64,000 nucleotides of DNA. It comes from Lingula anatina. Taxonomy: Eukaryota; Animalia; Brachiopoda. The position numbers and the translations under genes are program-made. The stretch covers positions 26,274,225 through 26,338,224 of the forward strand of contig CM120640.1 of NCBI GenBank assembly GCA_051362555.1, given 5' to 3'. Numbering within the stretch: position 1 is the first letter of the stretch; each line of letters starts with the position of its first letter. Under the pieces are notes generated by a model, which worked only from the letters and a program-made list of their open reading frames with translations, was not told the origin of the DNA and searched no databases. Below are positions 25,192-38,674 of the stretch, in pieces.

Positions 25192-25250
25192 CTTTTATAC
25201 CTTTGTTGACGTATAGTCACATGATGGCGTTCATGTTGTCACCAATGGTC
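25192..25250 (-). promoter_or_regulatory. TATA-box promoter for the lncRNA candidate
   Basis: TATAAAAG at 25199-25192, with nearby E-box CATGTG, CGCCAT and CCAAT motifs, at the edge of a CpG-rich island. Confidence 0.5.
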
Positions 25251-25761
25251 AACTTGTTCAAAGGGGATGGCCTTTGATAGTGATGCGCAAAGTTGGTAAT
25301 AATATCTTATCAACATATACATTTTCTTTTATATTTTATACTTTGATTATTCTGCCTGTCAGTTTGTTTATAATAAGAGTAATAAGTTCTAAGCAATGTC
25401 TGTGAAATGTGCAGGCAAATTTGATGAAAATTTCTGAGCAACATACCTTCTCCCTAAAATTTTTATAGGTACGATGTCCGTTAAGCTGGTAGCTGTGAAC
25501 TTCTCGCAGGCTACTTTAGCGTGCGTGTATTTGAACACTGATCCAAAATGTGGATAATGTAATTTGGCGTAGGGTGACTGCATTTTTGAGGCAGCCTGAG
25601 GGAGTATGGTTGTTCTGATTGTAGTGAATTGTAGAGAGACAATTGGAAGTACACTGGGCTTAGCATGTTCAGTCACCCAAGTACTCTGAAACACATTTTG
25701 TAATCAGCTGACTTGTTATTCTGAAAAATGAAAAAACAAATTATATTGATTTACAATCTGC

Positions 25762-26085
25762 AAGATAGAAGCAGTGGATCATATTACTTATGCCAGGCAG
25801 AAGAAACGACTGAATGTATATTTTTATATTCAAAACGTCTACTGATTTAGGTAATAATTAATAGCCTGGAAGATAGCAGCAGTGGATCATATTACTAATG
25901 CAAGGCAGAAGAAACGAGTGAATGTATATGTCTATATTCAAAACGTCTACGGATTTAGGTAATAATTAATAGCCTGGAAGATAGCAGCAGTGGATCATAT
26001 TACTAATGCAAGGCAGAAGAAACGAGTGAATGTACCTGTATATGTCTATATTCAAAATGTCTACTGATTTAGGTAATAATTAACA
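25762..26085. repeat. 108-bp tandem repeat, 3 copies
   Basis: GATAGCAGCAGTGGATCATATTACT at 25872 and 25980, with a diverged copy at ~25764. Confidence 0.9.
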
Positions 26086-26613
26086 ACTGACGTCTCCCTT
26101 CATGGCGTCGGGTTATCAGTACTCCCACACCAGTAACATGAGTTATGAGTTGAGCAGAAACAGAAAAAGATTTTTTATAAAGATAATGCAAGTATATGTG
26201 TAGGCCCATTTATCTTTTTTTATATTACTAAACGTAAGAATTGTTTGTCCAAGTGAAACTTTACTTACATCAGCCTAGCAACTAAATCTGACGTTTTAAC
26301 GTCTCCGAAAATAACTAGAATTTTTCGAATAACGCAATAATGCGGCCACCTTCGAGGTGTCGCCCGGTTTTTAAAAATTGAAAAAAGAAACTTTTCGGGG
26401 CGTCTTTTGTCGCGGGTCATTATTTTCAGTTGTTTGATGTTTTTTTGTAATATTTTAGCCATTGATAGAATCTATAATTCAGTTACATCCACGATTAGCT
26501 AGACGAAATGGTGACAGGGAAAAGTCAAATTTTTAAACGGCAAAAACTGCATTCTCTTAGAAAGCAATTAGCAAACATTCATTACCAGGCACTGTGAAAA
26601 ATTCAACCGAAGT

Positions 26614-26918
26614 TGAAGACAAAATGTGTCAAAAATAAACGTGCATGTCGTAATACCTATTTAAAGCAGTATAATTTTTGTTAGTATTAAAAACGTGTAA
26701 ATATTATCCACATAGGATATTTTTAAAGCCTTCGATATTTAAAATATTTAAACTTCCCATACTTTGAGGCATGCATGAGTCGGAAAATGTTTGCATAATT
26801 ACATAAAAAACTAGAATTATCTCTTTATGTGACCACAGTTTACTCATGTGCCTTACATCATTCCCTTAAACCCTTTCCCAATATCGATTTCAGATATTTT
26901 TGACACATTTAGTCTTCA
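26614..26918. mobile_element. Possible MITE bounded by ~24-bp inverted repeats
   Basis: TGAAGACAAAATGTGTCAAAAATA versus TATTTTTGACACATTTAGTCTTCA (one mismatch); no clear TSD. Confidence 0.45.
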
Positions 26919-29283
26919 TCTGAATCACGTGAACGTTATCAAGTGTCATAAGGCGTACATTACGAAAATATTTAGGTCTTGGAACGTGATTTGATGACTT
27001 TTTTAAATGCATGTATATACAATTATAAATTTATAATTAAGTTATTTAATATCAAATTATAAGTTCTGACCGAGTTTTAAAATTTATTTTAGGAGGGGTA
27101 AAAAACCCCAACCCCATCTAATATATATTGGATACATCCGTAGGCCTTTGTCCTTAGAACTAGGCGTACAAAATGTGTCTTCTAGCTAAAGTTATTATTA
27201 TGGTGTACGTGTAATTTAAAAAACTACGTAAGAGTGACAATAGGTCATGTGTTTCGAATGCACCCCCACTCTCCGATCAGACATTACTTTTGTATAATTC
27301 ACAGTCCATCTTCGTTGTAGTTTGTGACTTAATGTCATTTCTTAGTGAAGCGGTGTTGTCCTCAATTTACCTTAAATGTCCAAATTACTAAGAAGAAACC
27401 ACTTGCAAGAATTATAAGGCTTTTTATACTGCTAGGTCTATATATGTAGACGTGATACACACGATATTTTGCAACCCCACAAAATCTGTTTCTTAAAATT
27501 TTGGTTCCACCACAAAGCTTAGCACTATCATTCTTTTTTGCTTTATTGATATATTTTCAGTACATAAATAACCATTGTCTGTTGCCCAATTTTGCACAAA
27601 ATTAAGATAATCCCCAAAACCTCATTAATTGTGTTTCCTCCATCCCAAAAAATATTAAAAATTTCTCCTCATAATTTAGTAGTGCACTGGCATCTACACA
27701 GTACATAAATGTATCATTATAATAACATCTTGTTCTTACTGATAACATAATTAGCTTAATTCCATAACAATTCTAAAATGTTAATAACAATGAAAATTCA
27801 AAGTAGATGGCAAGATTCTTATTGTGCTGATAAAGATAAAATATGTAAATTCAATACTGATTAGGTACTGTATACTGGCTCATTGAAAAAAGGGAACCAT
27901 TTCACAAAAAAATTAAGCTTAGACTGCTTAATCTGGATAGCCAACTATACAAAGTCAACTTTGCAATATTGTCTTACAACTACAATTTTTTAAGAATGAT
28001 TGGTCCACAGTTGATGAGTAGAATATACATAAATGGGCTACTGACACCACTGCAAGTAAAAGACTTGCCAAGACAATCAAAATGTAAATCAAAGGAAAGT
28101 GAAAAGAAAGTAAAAAGACTGGAAAAAATGAGGCAAAATTGATAACTTGGTTAATGAGCGAACAATACTCTAGTTTTGATTAAATCAGAACTTTTCTTGC
28201 ACCTACATCTGTATTTTTATTTTTGCCATTTTGTAAGTGAAAAAAGGGGAATAGGGGATTGGTGTAGTGAAAGCCCAACCTTAACCTTTGGATGCTATTC
28301 TCATTAAACATATGCATAAAAGACAAAATTTAGACCACAAATAGATTCATGCAATCTACCAACCTTTTTTACAGTGAGTCATTGCAACTTATCAGTTATT
28401 TCTGGCCTAGGCTATCTGTAAGATTCTTACAACTGTGAAGTGCAACTTAGCCAGCTAAGTCTTTATAGGCTCAGATTTTAGACTACAAACCAACTTCAAA
28501 CATTTAGTAAAGCAAGTGCCAAGAATAGTTAGTTTGAAGGCTCTGCCTCCCCATAGAGTGAGAACAAACACAGTCACACTGTATGATACATTACAGAAAA
28601 CATTGGTTAAAAATATACTCTGGAATTTTACATTTTCACTAGTATAGAATCAATTTGATTTCTAAAACTGACTTATTATAAAAATACTCCTGTCAATTTA
28701 AAACTTTTTCATAAAGCATATCTGAAATACACTGATAAAATGTTATTAAAAATATTAAAATTTGATATTCACAGATAAAATAGGCTCAAGTCAAAATGAT
28801 TAAGACAATTATTGAAGCATTATTCAAACCCCAATTTTGATTATTTTCATACAATTAGTGATTCACAAGTTTTTTAACAGAGTTGTACCTAATCTGACTA
28901 CATGATATCTATCAAAATCTCTCTAAAATCAAGTGACAAAAAATGCCCACAGTTTCAAGCACCATAAAATATGGCTTAAGTAAGTAATATCCTCAATTGT
29001 TTCATAATAAACGTCATGTCACTTGAATGTACCATTCTCCAGAAAAAAAGATGAACTTGCAAGGTTTGATAAGTCTGCGTTTACAGGTAGATGTCATAGT
29101 TTAATATACATGAGGCAGCGTGGTCAACAATATTATATTATATCAGTTTCTCTAGCCTCCATGTCTTATTCGTCATAATATTTTGATTTTCAAATTCAGG
29201 GTCCCCTAGTAAAAGATCTTGCATTTCTTCTTGATCACAGAAGAATCTGAGTTGAGAATACAGTTGAGAATACAGAGTTAAAA

Positions 29284-29389
29284 TTAGGCCTCTCCTCTCC
29301 ACTCGGGGTCCTCTTGCAACTGAACCTGGCTGACATCCATGGTTACATCTTGAAAAATAATATATTCCCAAAAAAGTTTAAATGGTGCA

Positions 29390-29424
<35 letters not shown>

Positions 29425-31324
29425 TAAAATCAATAAATCTTGGACACATTACTTGTCGTACGTCTGAATAACATGACAGACAAGAAGAAAATAGTTGCTC
29501 TTGAAAATGGACTTTAAGTAATGAAAATGCAAGATGACAGCTAGTAGATAGTACATGTGCATGCAATTTATTTGAAATTCTGACTTTTCAGTCCTAATGA
29601 TTTAGATTATTTATAGCCAATAATCTGAGAAAATAAAATATTCAACAGAGAAATTGATTGCAATAAATCCTGCTCGTACATGACTGCTTAATATTCACTG
29701 CAACAAACCTCTCTACGACATCGTCGAGCTGATCAGTAGGGTCATCGTAATCACATCCTGTGTACGCTTTTTTCTCGAGGCAGTACTTAAGGAAACTACA
29801 CCAAAGAGAAGTTGAAAATAAAGAAAGAATTGCCTACTTTCTTTTGTCTTTCTGTATGGACTTTCATTCACAATAAAAGAAAGAATTCCCTAGTAGACAC
29901 TATTTTGTCTGTCAGTTTGGAGTTTAATTTACATGTTTTTTAACTTTCCTTTTTTTTTCTATTTTTTTTTTTATTTAACAGTCTGTCTGAACTAAAACAT
30001 GATAGCTTTCTCTTTTTAATCTTTCTATCCTCTTTGTTTTTTTTTTTTTTTGTCAGTCTGTCTGAACAAACATTAAAAATTTAATTTATGAACTTAATTA
30101 AATCCTTAACATTTCTTTTTTTGTTGGTCTGTCTGTCTGTCTGAACAAGAGTTCTTAGAAACAATGAGATTAAATAAAGATTAAATAAAGGAAAAAAATC
30201 TTGAACCTAACATGGCTGATCTGTGTTTGGTTTGAAAAAGTCTTATAATTTGATTGAACTTTTTTTGCTTACTGATCAAATAAATTAAAATAATTCACTT
30301 CACCTGTTCCAATGTTCATCTTGCGAAAGAAGAAACGGATTCCCTACAACAATCAATAGGGCCTTTGCTCTTGTGATCGACACATTAAACCTCTGAAAAA
30401 AAATTAATCCCACATGTAACTGTATGTGCGGGTGAACACTGAAGACAGTATAGTCTGAGACTAACTGTTCATATCTCTTCTGTGAATTCCGCATCACATG
30501 GCATAGTCTCCGCAGTGCCATAGTGGAAAGAAATGGTGATGAAAATAGTATGGACTCTAGCTGTTTAAATAACCTTACATTTCAAAATATGTGTGTGCAC
30601 ATCCACATGTACAAAGTCTTATGAATTATGTGTTCAAGCATATACACATGCCACAGCACAATCATGGTAATGACACTATCTTTTCAATGGGCAAAAATTA
30701 TCAAACTTTCAAATGTATACCTTTATAAACACATAAAGTATATAGTATTAGTGGTACTCTTACTGCACAGATTAGAACTATAGAGTAGCTTACTTTTTTA
30801 TTCTGTTGTGACCATCCAATAGGAATTGGGTAGGAGTATTAAAATTTTAAAAATTAATGGCCTAAAAAATACCGCATCTGTAAAATTCACGATTTCCCCC
30901 CCACTGAAAAAAATCAAGTTATTACCATATGCTGAGGTGGCACTAGCAATTTTTTCTAAAGCCAAATTACTACTTTTTCATCACTTTTTTCTCCAAAATG
31001 GTTTAAATTTGACTAAAATAAGTCAAATCAACCCTATTTTGTTTAGCCAATTGAAGTCAGTTTTAGCATTTGGCTTAATTGGGCAGTGTTAACTCTACCC
31101 CAGTTTGTGTGTCCACATGCATAAGTGTACAAATGACTGACCTTTGGGTTCTTTAAAAAGCCCTTTAAAAGTATCATACAAGCGTCCAGAGCCAGGTAAT
31201 CGGGGTTACTCCTCACGGTGGAGACCATGATGACCCGTCTCTCCTGACCCTGAAATTCCTCCACACTGCCCACCTTTATGTCCCGAAAGTTTTTCTTGAA
31301 CAGCAGTTGCTTCAGTTTTTGAAC
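29284..31324 (-). pseudogene. MOV10: 5'-truncated MOV10 RNA helicase gene fragment (last four coding exons, 150 aa, frame intact)
   Basis: Exons 31324-31142, 30392-30304, 29795-29680, 29348-29284. Encodes SF1 motif V (KVGSVEEFQGQE), [26 protein letters not shown] (motif VI), FLKYCLEKKAYTGC and C-terminal QEDPEWRGEA* (cf. MOV10 EPEWRNEL). No upstream helicase exons seen before the tomosyn 3' end. Confidence 0.8.
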
Positions 31325-31463
31325 CTGTGGAGAGAATAAAAAGGGATGTCTGTGCATTTACAGGCCCGTAACCAGCAATTTCAAAAGGGGGATTATTTTT
31401 CTGAAAAAGTGGACCTTTTTCCATAAAAACTTTGAGAAAAAATTAAAAAGGAAAACATAACAA

Positions 31464-31693
31464 AACTAGAAAAGCACTCTGAGAGCGCAGAGCTCTGCCA
31501 AGGCAGCTATTTTTGATAATTATTGATTTTTGATAGATTATTGATCCAAACCACCACCAAAAACTAATCATTGTCTTTTTGACCCACTTCTGACAGTTCC
31601 TGAAAATTTCATCAAAATCGGTCCATAACTTTTTGAGTTACGTTGATGACAGACAAACAGGGGTGAAAACATAACCTCCTTGGCAGAGGTAAA
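31464..31693 (-). mobile_element. Short HINE-type element, second family
   Basis: AACTAGAAAAGCACTCTGAGAGCGCAGAGCTCTGCCAAGG ... GACA microsatellite ... ATAACCTCCTTGGCAGAGGTAA; same family as 52600-52832. Confidence 0.75.
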
Positions 31694-31738
31694 TATAATT
31701 CCAATGAAGCTGCTATTCAAACTTTTAATCTTTGAGTT

Positions 31739-31740
<2 letters not shown>

Positions 31741-31803
<63 letters not shown>
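31741..31803. repeat. (AT)n microsatellite, ~31 units
   Basis: Directly visible. Confidence 0.98.
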
Positions 31804-31807
<4 letters not shown>

Positions 31808-34800
31808 TTATTTGCAATATAAAACAAAATTTACCTGCATAATTTTCACTGCTTCCTTATTATTAATCCAGCAGAGAGCTTAACCTTTGGGAGTTTACAG
31901 GGAAATATCAACAAGTGTGCTTTATGTAATCTCATTTAATGGCCTATTAATTAGGCAAATGACTTTATAACTTTATAACTTAGCCTAGTGAGACCCAAGG
32001 GAAATTTACAGACTGACCCTCTCAAAGGTCTTCAGGCCCATAAGTCACACCCTTAAGAAATGCACAAAACAATAATGCACAAAATAGGAGACTATCAATT
32101 CTGATACAATAATAAATTATGTTTAACTGCACAGTCAACATCAAAGGTTTTAAAATTATGCACAACAGGTAATGCCGACGAAAGTAAAAGCATAAGGCTT
32201 CAGGCCCATCAGAGTTCAAGTTTATACTTAGAAAGTGCCAAAATGAGAAAAATGAAAATTTCACAAAAAATGCATAAATTTAATAAAAGTGATAATCTAA
32301 TAGAGCTGGCTTTCTAATATGAGCTGTATGTCAATCCTAAGAATCATTCTTGTAAGACTAGTTGAAAAAATAGTAACAGTTTTCTTTCTATAACGTTAAT
32401 GGTGGCAGTGTACAAAAGAGGTTTTTTGTCAATTTTGATGCAACATTACATAATGATTAACTGTATAAATACCACCAATTTTTAAATATCTACTATTAAA
32501 AACATGGACATTAAAAAAAATGTGATTACCACTGGGCTTCATGCCCAAGGGAGCTCTAAGTCCCACATTGAAAATTCCAGTATGTGAAAGATAAAAATTT
32601 TCACAAAAAACCTCTATAACTTCCAGAAAATTAACTAATGAGACAGATTTTCCAACTGAAGCTGTATTTCAGTCCTATGTTTCTTTCCTTTAAGTGTAAA
32701 AAGAGCAAGTGACATGGTTTTCCTTTCACGGTCACTAAGGAGGCAGTGCCTAAAATAGGTTTTTGTTCAATTTTGATGCAATATTACATAATGCTTAACA
32801 GCATAATAACCATCAGTTTTTTAATGATAAAATAAAACTATCATGGATATTCACAAAATGAGTCTAGCCCATAGAGTTCAGAAACACTTTGAAAATCCCA
32901 AAATCTAAACAAGAGAAACTGTATTAAAAAGAGTTTATTTCCATTTTCAATACCTTTTTTACATGAAAAAAAATAATCGATTTACTGTCATTTTTATATG
33001 ATCAATTAAAATATGTTGTCGAAGGAAAAATATCAATAGAACAAATTTAAATGTCCAACTTGCTCCATTCTGAGATTCTTAACTTATTGAATGATTGAAT
33101 CTGACGAACTTCAATGATATGAGTTCCCTTCCATTTTTGATACTTTATTACACAATGCACAATAAAAGGTGTACTGTCATTTTTATATAATCAACTAACA
33201 ATATTTTTAAGAAGCAGAAAATGTCAAAACAACACTTTTACATATCTAATTTGTTCCATATTGAGACTGTTAACATGCCTAAGAATTAAATCTGAAGAAA
33301 AGCCACTTATATGCAAAAAGGCTAATAACTTCATCAAAACTTAACTGATCAAGCTTATTTTCAAACTTGATCTGTATATTAGTCAGACTGATCCCTCCTG
33401 TAAGTTTCAAGACAAAAGGCTGATTGGTTTTCCTTAAAATGAGTTACCAGTGTTGCATATATGCTGAATAATGGAAAAAAACAGCAAGTTTGTTTATCCA
33501 TCCTACATTTTTGATGGTCTTCCAACAGAAAAAAACAGATACCCATCAATATGAACTTTAAAATATGAAAGACCCAGAAGACGGCCTCAATCCACCCCTG
33601 CAATAAGATTACAGTTTCAGGACCAAATTCACATAATGAAAATCCCAATATTTGAATAATGATGACAATGCATAAAATAATATTACATAATGTTTAAAGA
33701 CATAAATGCAACTGTTTATGTGGAAATACAGAGAATGTGAAGAGCTTCAGGTGGATGGGAGCTGAAAATGCCAGTGTTTGAAAAATAAATTAAAAAGAAA
33801 ACACAAAAAAATATCCCATTAAAGCTGCTATTCAAACTTTTAATCTTGCTGTAATAACATGATATGAATAACCCCAATGTGTTTGAGGATAATAAGGCAC
33901 TGTTATTCAAATATTTTTTTTTCTTTTGTTAACTTATTTGCAACATTAAACATTTACCTGCATAATTATCACAGATTCCTAATTATGTGACACAGTTAAG
34001 AGAGCTTAACCTATGGGACTTTACTTTACTCAACGTGTTTTATGTAATCTTATTAAATGGGCACTTGGAAATTAATTAGGCAAATGATTTTATAGCTCTG
34101 AATTTAGCTTGTGATACCCCAAGGGACAATTACCACCATCCATAAACAGTAGCCCCATATAGCTCTCTATAGAGCTGCATTGCTTCCAGAACAGAAAACA
34201 ATCACTCTGATTTTCCAACACAAACTGCACGTCAGTCTTACAAAACTTTTCAGTAAGTTTGAGTATCATAAGTAACATGGTTTTTCCTTAATGGTCATTC
34301 CGGCAGCCATTTCCAAAATAGGGTTTTCTTTAACTTTTATGCAATATAACATAATGACCATCAATTTTTAATAATAAAAGAAAAGTATCATGGATATACA
34401 GAAAATGTGACATGGAAAGGTCTTCAAGGCCATGGAAGTTCAGAGTCACACTTTCAAAATGCCAAAATGTATACAAGAGATAACTGTATTAAATTGATTT
34501 TCTTCCATTTTCAACACCTTTTTTTCATATAACAAAGTAATCAATTTACTGTCATTTTTAAATGAACAACTGAGAAAATTGTTGACATAGGAAAAATATC
34601 AATAGAACAATTTTAAATGTCCAGTTTGCTCCATTCTGAGATTCTGAACATGGTGAATGATTGAATCTGACAAACTGTAAAGATATGAGTTTATTATTAT
34701 TTCCATTTTTTGACACTTTATTACACATTTACAGGTTTACCATCTTTTTTATATAATCAACTAACAATATTGTTAAGATGCAGAAAATGTCAAAAGAACA

Positions 34801-36663
34801 CCTTTACATATCTAATTAGTTCACATATGAGATTGTTAACATGCCTAAGAATTAAATCAAAGGAAAAAACACTTATATACAAACAAGGCAGCAAAGCTGT
34901 CAAATGTACAGACAAAAACCAGAAAATAAAAACGCAGGAAATAGGATACTGTCAATTCTGATGAACTAATGTATTATGCTTACTGTAACTGCATAGCCAA
35001 CATCAAATTCTTATTCTGCATAACATTGGATTAGGATGAAAGTAAAATGTGTATCAAGCATTAGACTAAGTTCCCATACCTAGATCAATCTAACAGGATC
35101 AATGCAACTCCAAGGGGTTTCTCACTAAATTGCTTTCAGTTTGTGAGTCTTAGGATTCTGGCATGCCAGTTTCAGTAGGCGTGACAGACAACTAAGCCAC
35201 TTACAATGATTGCAATTTAGCGAGAATTTCCATGGAGATAGATCGATATATATATATATATTATAACTATATATTATTAATTTTTTTTTGGGGGGGGGGC
35301 TGTATGTCAATCCTAAGAATCATTCTTGTAACTTAACAAAATACAGAAAATGTTACAAAGTAAGAGTACAGGGCTCCTGGCAGATGGGAGTGATAAGTCA
35401 CAACTTGAAAATGCCAGTATAGCACTCTATAAACCTGCATTGCCTCCAAAACAGAAAACAATCACACTGGTTTTCAAACACAAGCTGCGCACTTCTGTTT
35501 TACGAAACTTTTCACTAAGTTTCAGTATCGTAAGTAACATGGTTTTCCCTTAATCGCTATCCTGGCAGCAGTGTCCAAAATAGGGTTTTCTTCAACTTAC
35601 ATGCAATAAAACATAATACTTAACAGCATAATGACCATCAAATTTTTTATAAAAAAATAAAAGTATCATGAATATTCAGAAAATGTGATTTGGGAAGGTC
35701 TTCAAGGCCATGGAAGTTCAGAGTCACACTTTCAAAATGCCAAAATGTAAACAAGAGATAACTGTACTGAAATGATTTTCTTTCCATTTTCAACACCTTT
35801 TTTAAAACAAAATGATCAATAAACTGTCATTTTTAAATGTTCAACTAGGAAAATTGTTGACATAGGAAAAATAGCAATAGAACAATTTTCAATGTCCAAT
35901 TTGCTCCATTTGCAGATGCTGAACATAGTGAATGATTAAATCTGACAAACTGCAATGATGAGTTCCTTTCCATTTATGATACTTTATTACACAATGCACA
36001 ATATTATAACAGGTTTACCGTCATTTTCATATAATCAACAAACAATATTATTAAGAAGCAGAAAATGTCAAAACAACACTTTTACATATCTTATTAGTTC
36101 CATAATGAGACTGTTAACATGCCTAAGAATTAAATCTGAAGAAATAACAATTATATACAAAAATACAGAAAATGCACAGCACTTCTGGTGGATGGGAGTA
36201 TAAAATCACATCTTGAAGATGCTTGTGTTTGAAAAATAATTTTAAAAAAATTTTTAATAAAACGTAAAAAATTCCAAAAAAGCTGCTATTCAAACTTTTA
36301 ATCTAGCTGTATTAACTTGATTTTAATAACCCCACCAAGTTTGAGAAAAATAAAGCACTGTTATTCATCTATAGCATGTTGGCATAACACATTCTTTTTG
36401 TTGTAAATTTATTTGCAATGTTAAACACCATTTATCTGCACAATTATCACCAAATCCTTGTGACACAGTTAAGAGAGCTAAACCTATGGGACTTTACAGG
36501 GAAATCTCAAGGAGTGTTTTATGTAATCTCATTTAATGGCCAATTGAAAATTAATGAGTAGGCAAGTGACTTTATAGACCTTAATTTAATTAGTGATCAC
36601 CCAAGGGACAATTTTATAGACTGTCATCCATACAGTACCATCATACACCCCATTCTCATAGAT

Positions 36664-36840
36664 TAGATCGACCTACATTGGATCGACCTAACTCCCTGGG
36701 GGTTCACGCTAAATAGCTGTCAGCCGGGCGGACACGAAAGTTAATTACCCCTTAAAGCTTGTAGTAGGCGGGGACGGACACTTAAGGGGGATTATCTGAC
36801 AGTAATCTAGTGAGACTCCCCGCGGTGATAGATCGATCTA
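36664..36840. mobile_element. Palindromic MITE-like insert; related copy at ~35081-35248
   Basis: TAGATCGAYCTA at both ends; arms GGGGTTCACGCTAAATAGCTGTCAG / CTGACAGTAATCTAGTGAGACTCCCC. Confidence 0.55.
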
Positions 36841-38494
36841 AAAGTTGTGAGAACAGAGCCATATAGCACAAAGGTGTTGTATACATGCTGAAAAAAGTGA
36901 AAAAACAGCATTACTTCCCTAAAAATGACCCGATGATGCTGATTTTCAAACTTGACCTGCGTATTATGAATATTCATTAGTTCTGCAAGTTTCAAACCAA
37001 AAGGTTAAATGGTTTTCCACTTATCGTGTTATCGGTGCTGCATACATGCTGAAAAAAGTGAAAAACAGCATAACTTCCCTAAAAATGACCCAATCATACT
37101 GATTTTCGAACTTGACCTGCGTATTATGAATATTCATCAGTTCTGTAAGTTTGAAACCAAAAGGTAAAATGATTTTTCACTTATCATGTTATCAGTGTTG
37201 CATATATGGTGGAAAAAGTGAAAAACAGCATAACTTCCCTAAAAATGACCCAATCATACTGATTTTCGAACTTGACCTGCGTATTATGAATATTCATCAG
37301 TTCTGTAAGTTTGAAACCAAAAGGTAAAATGATTTTTCACTTATCATGTTATCAGTGTTGCATATATGGTGGAAAAAGTGAAAAACAGCATAACTTCCCT
37401 AAAAATGACCCGATCATGCTGATTTTCGAACTTGACCTGCGTATTATGAATATTCATCAGTTTTGTAAGTTTCAAAGAAAAAGGTAAAATGGTTTTCCAC
37501 TTATCTTGTTATCGGTGCTGCATATATGCTGAAACAAGACAGCACTGTTCTGCAATGGGTTTACTTCCATTTTTAAAACACTTTTTTAACATAAAACAAA
37601 ATAAACAGTTTTCTACCATTTGTATATGATCAACTAAGAAAAAAAATTGATGAGATGGGAAAAATATCAATAGAACAGTGTTAAATGTCCAATTTCCTCC
37701 ATTCTGAGATAATGAATATAGTAGATGATTGAATCTGACAAACTGCAATGATATTTGTTTATTTCCATTTTTGACACTTTATAACATAATACACAATAAC
37801 AAGTTTACCATCATTTTTACATAATCAACTAACAATGTTATTAAGATGCAGGAAATGTCACACAAACACTTTTACGTATCTTATTAGTTCAATAATGAGA
37901 CTGTTTATATGCCTAACAATTGAATCTGAGGAAATGTAAAAAAACAGCATAACTTCTAAAAGAATGGCCCGAATATGCTGATTTTGGAACTCAACCTGCG
38001 TTTTAGTTAGTTTGACTACTCCTGTGAGTATAATGACAATTGGCCTATCTGTTTTTCTTATATTGTGTTATTAGCATTGCATATATGTTGAAAGAAGTGA
38101 AAAAACAGCATAACATCCCTAACAAGGCAGCAAAGCTGTCAAATGTACAGACAAAAAACAGGAAATAACTATGCACAAAATAGGCTACTGTCAATTCTGA
38201 TGCAAAAACACATTATGTTAAACTGCAAATTCAACATCAAATTTTAATTATCCTCAACAGGTAATACCAATGTAATTAAAATATGTGACAAGTTTACACT
38301 TTGAAAATGTATAACTTCCAGAAAAAGAAGTCACTTAGACTGCTTTTCCAACTCAGACTGCATTTTAGTCCTGTATTTCTTTTTTGAAAGTTTGGCAATC
38401 ATAAGTAACATGGTTTTCCCATAATGGTCATCATGGCAGCAGCACCCAAAATTGTGTTTTCTTCTAATCTGATGCAATATTACATAATGGTTAA

Positions 38495-38674
38495 AACGGG
38501 GGCGTCTCGATAGTCCGAAGGTTCATTGGGCCGAAGGTTCATTGGTCCGAAAAGTGGTAACATTTTCATCGATTTTTTAATCAAGGGTTCATTGGTCCGA
38601 AGGTTCTATAGTGAACATTCGGACCAATGAACCTTCGGACTATTGAACCTTCGGACTATCGCTACGGCCCCCAC
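38495..38674. mobile_element. 180-bp foldback-type element with TIRs built from tandem 15-mers
   Basis: (GTCCGAAGGTTCATT)n facing (AATGAACCTTCGGAC)n; interrupts the satellite consensus with TTAA on both sides; a related fragment lies at ~4759-4790. Confidence 0.7.
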
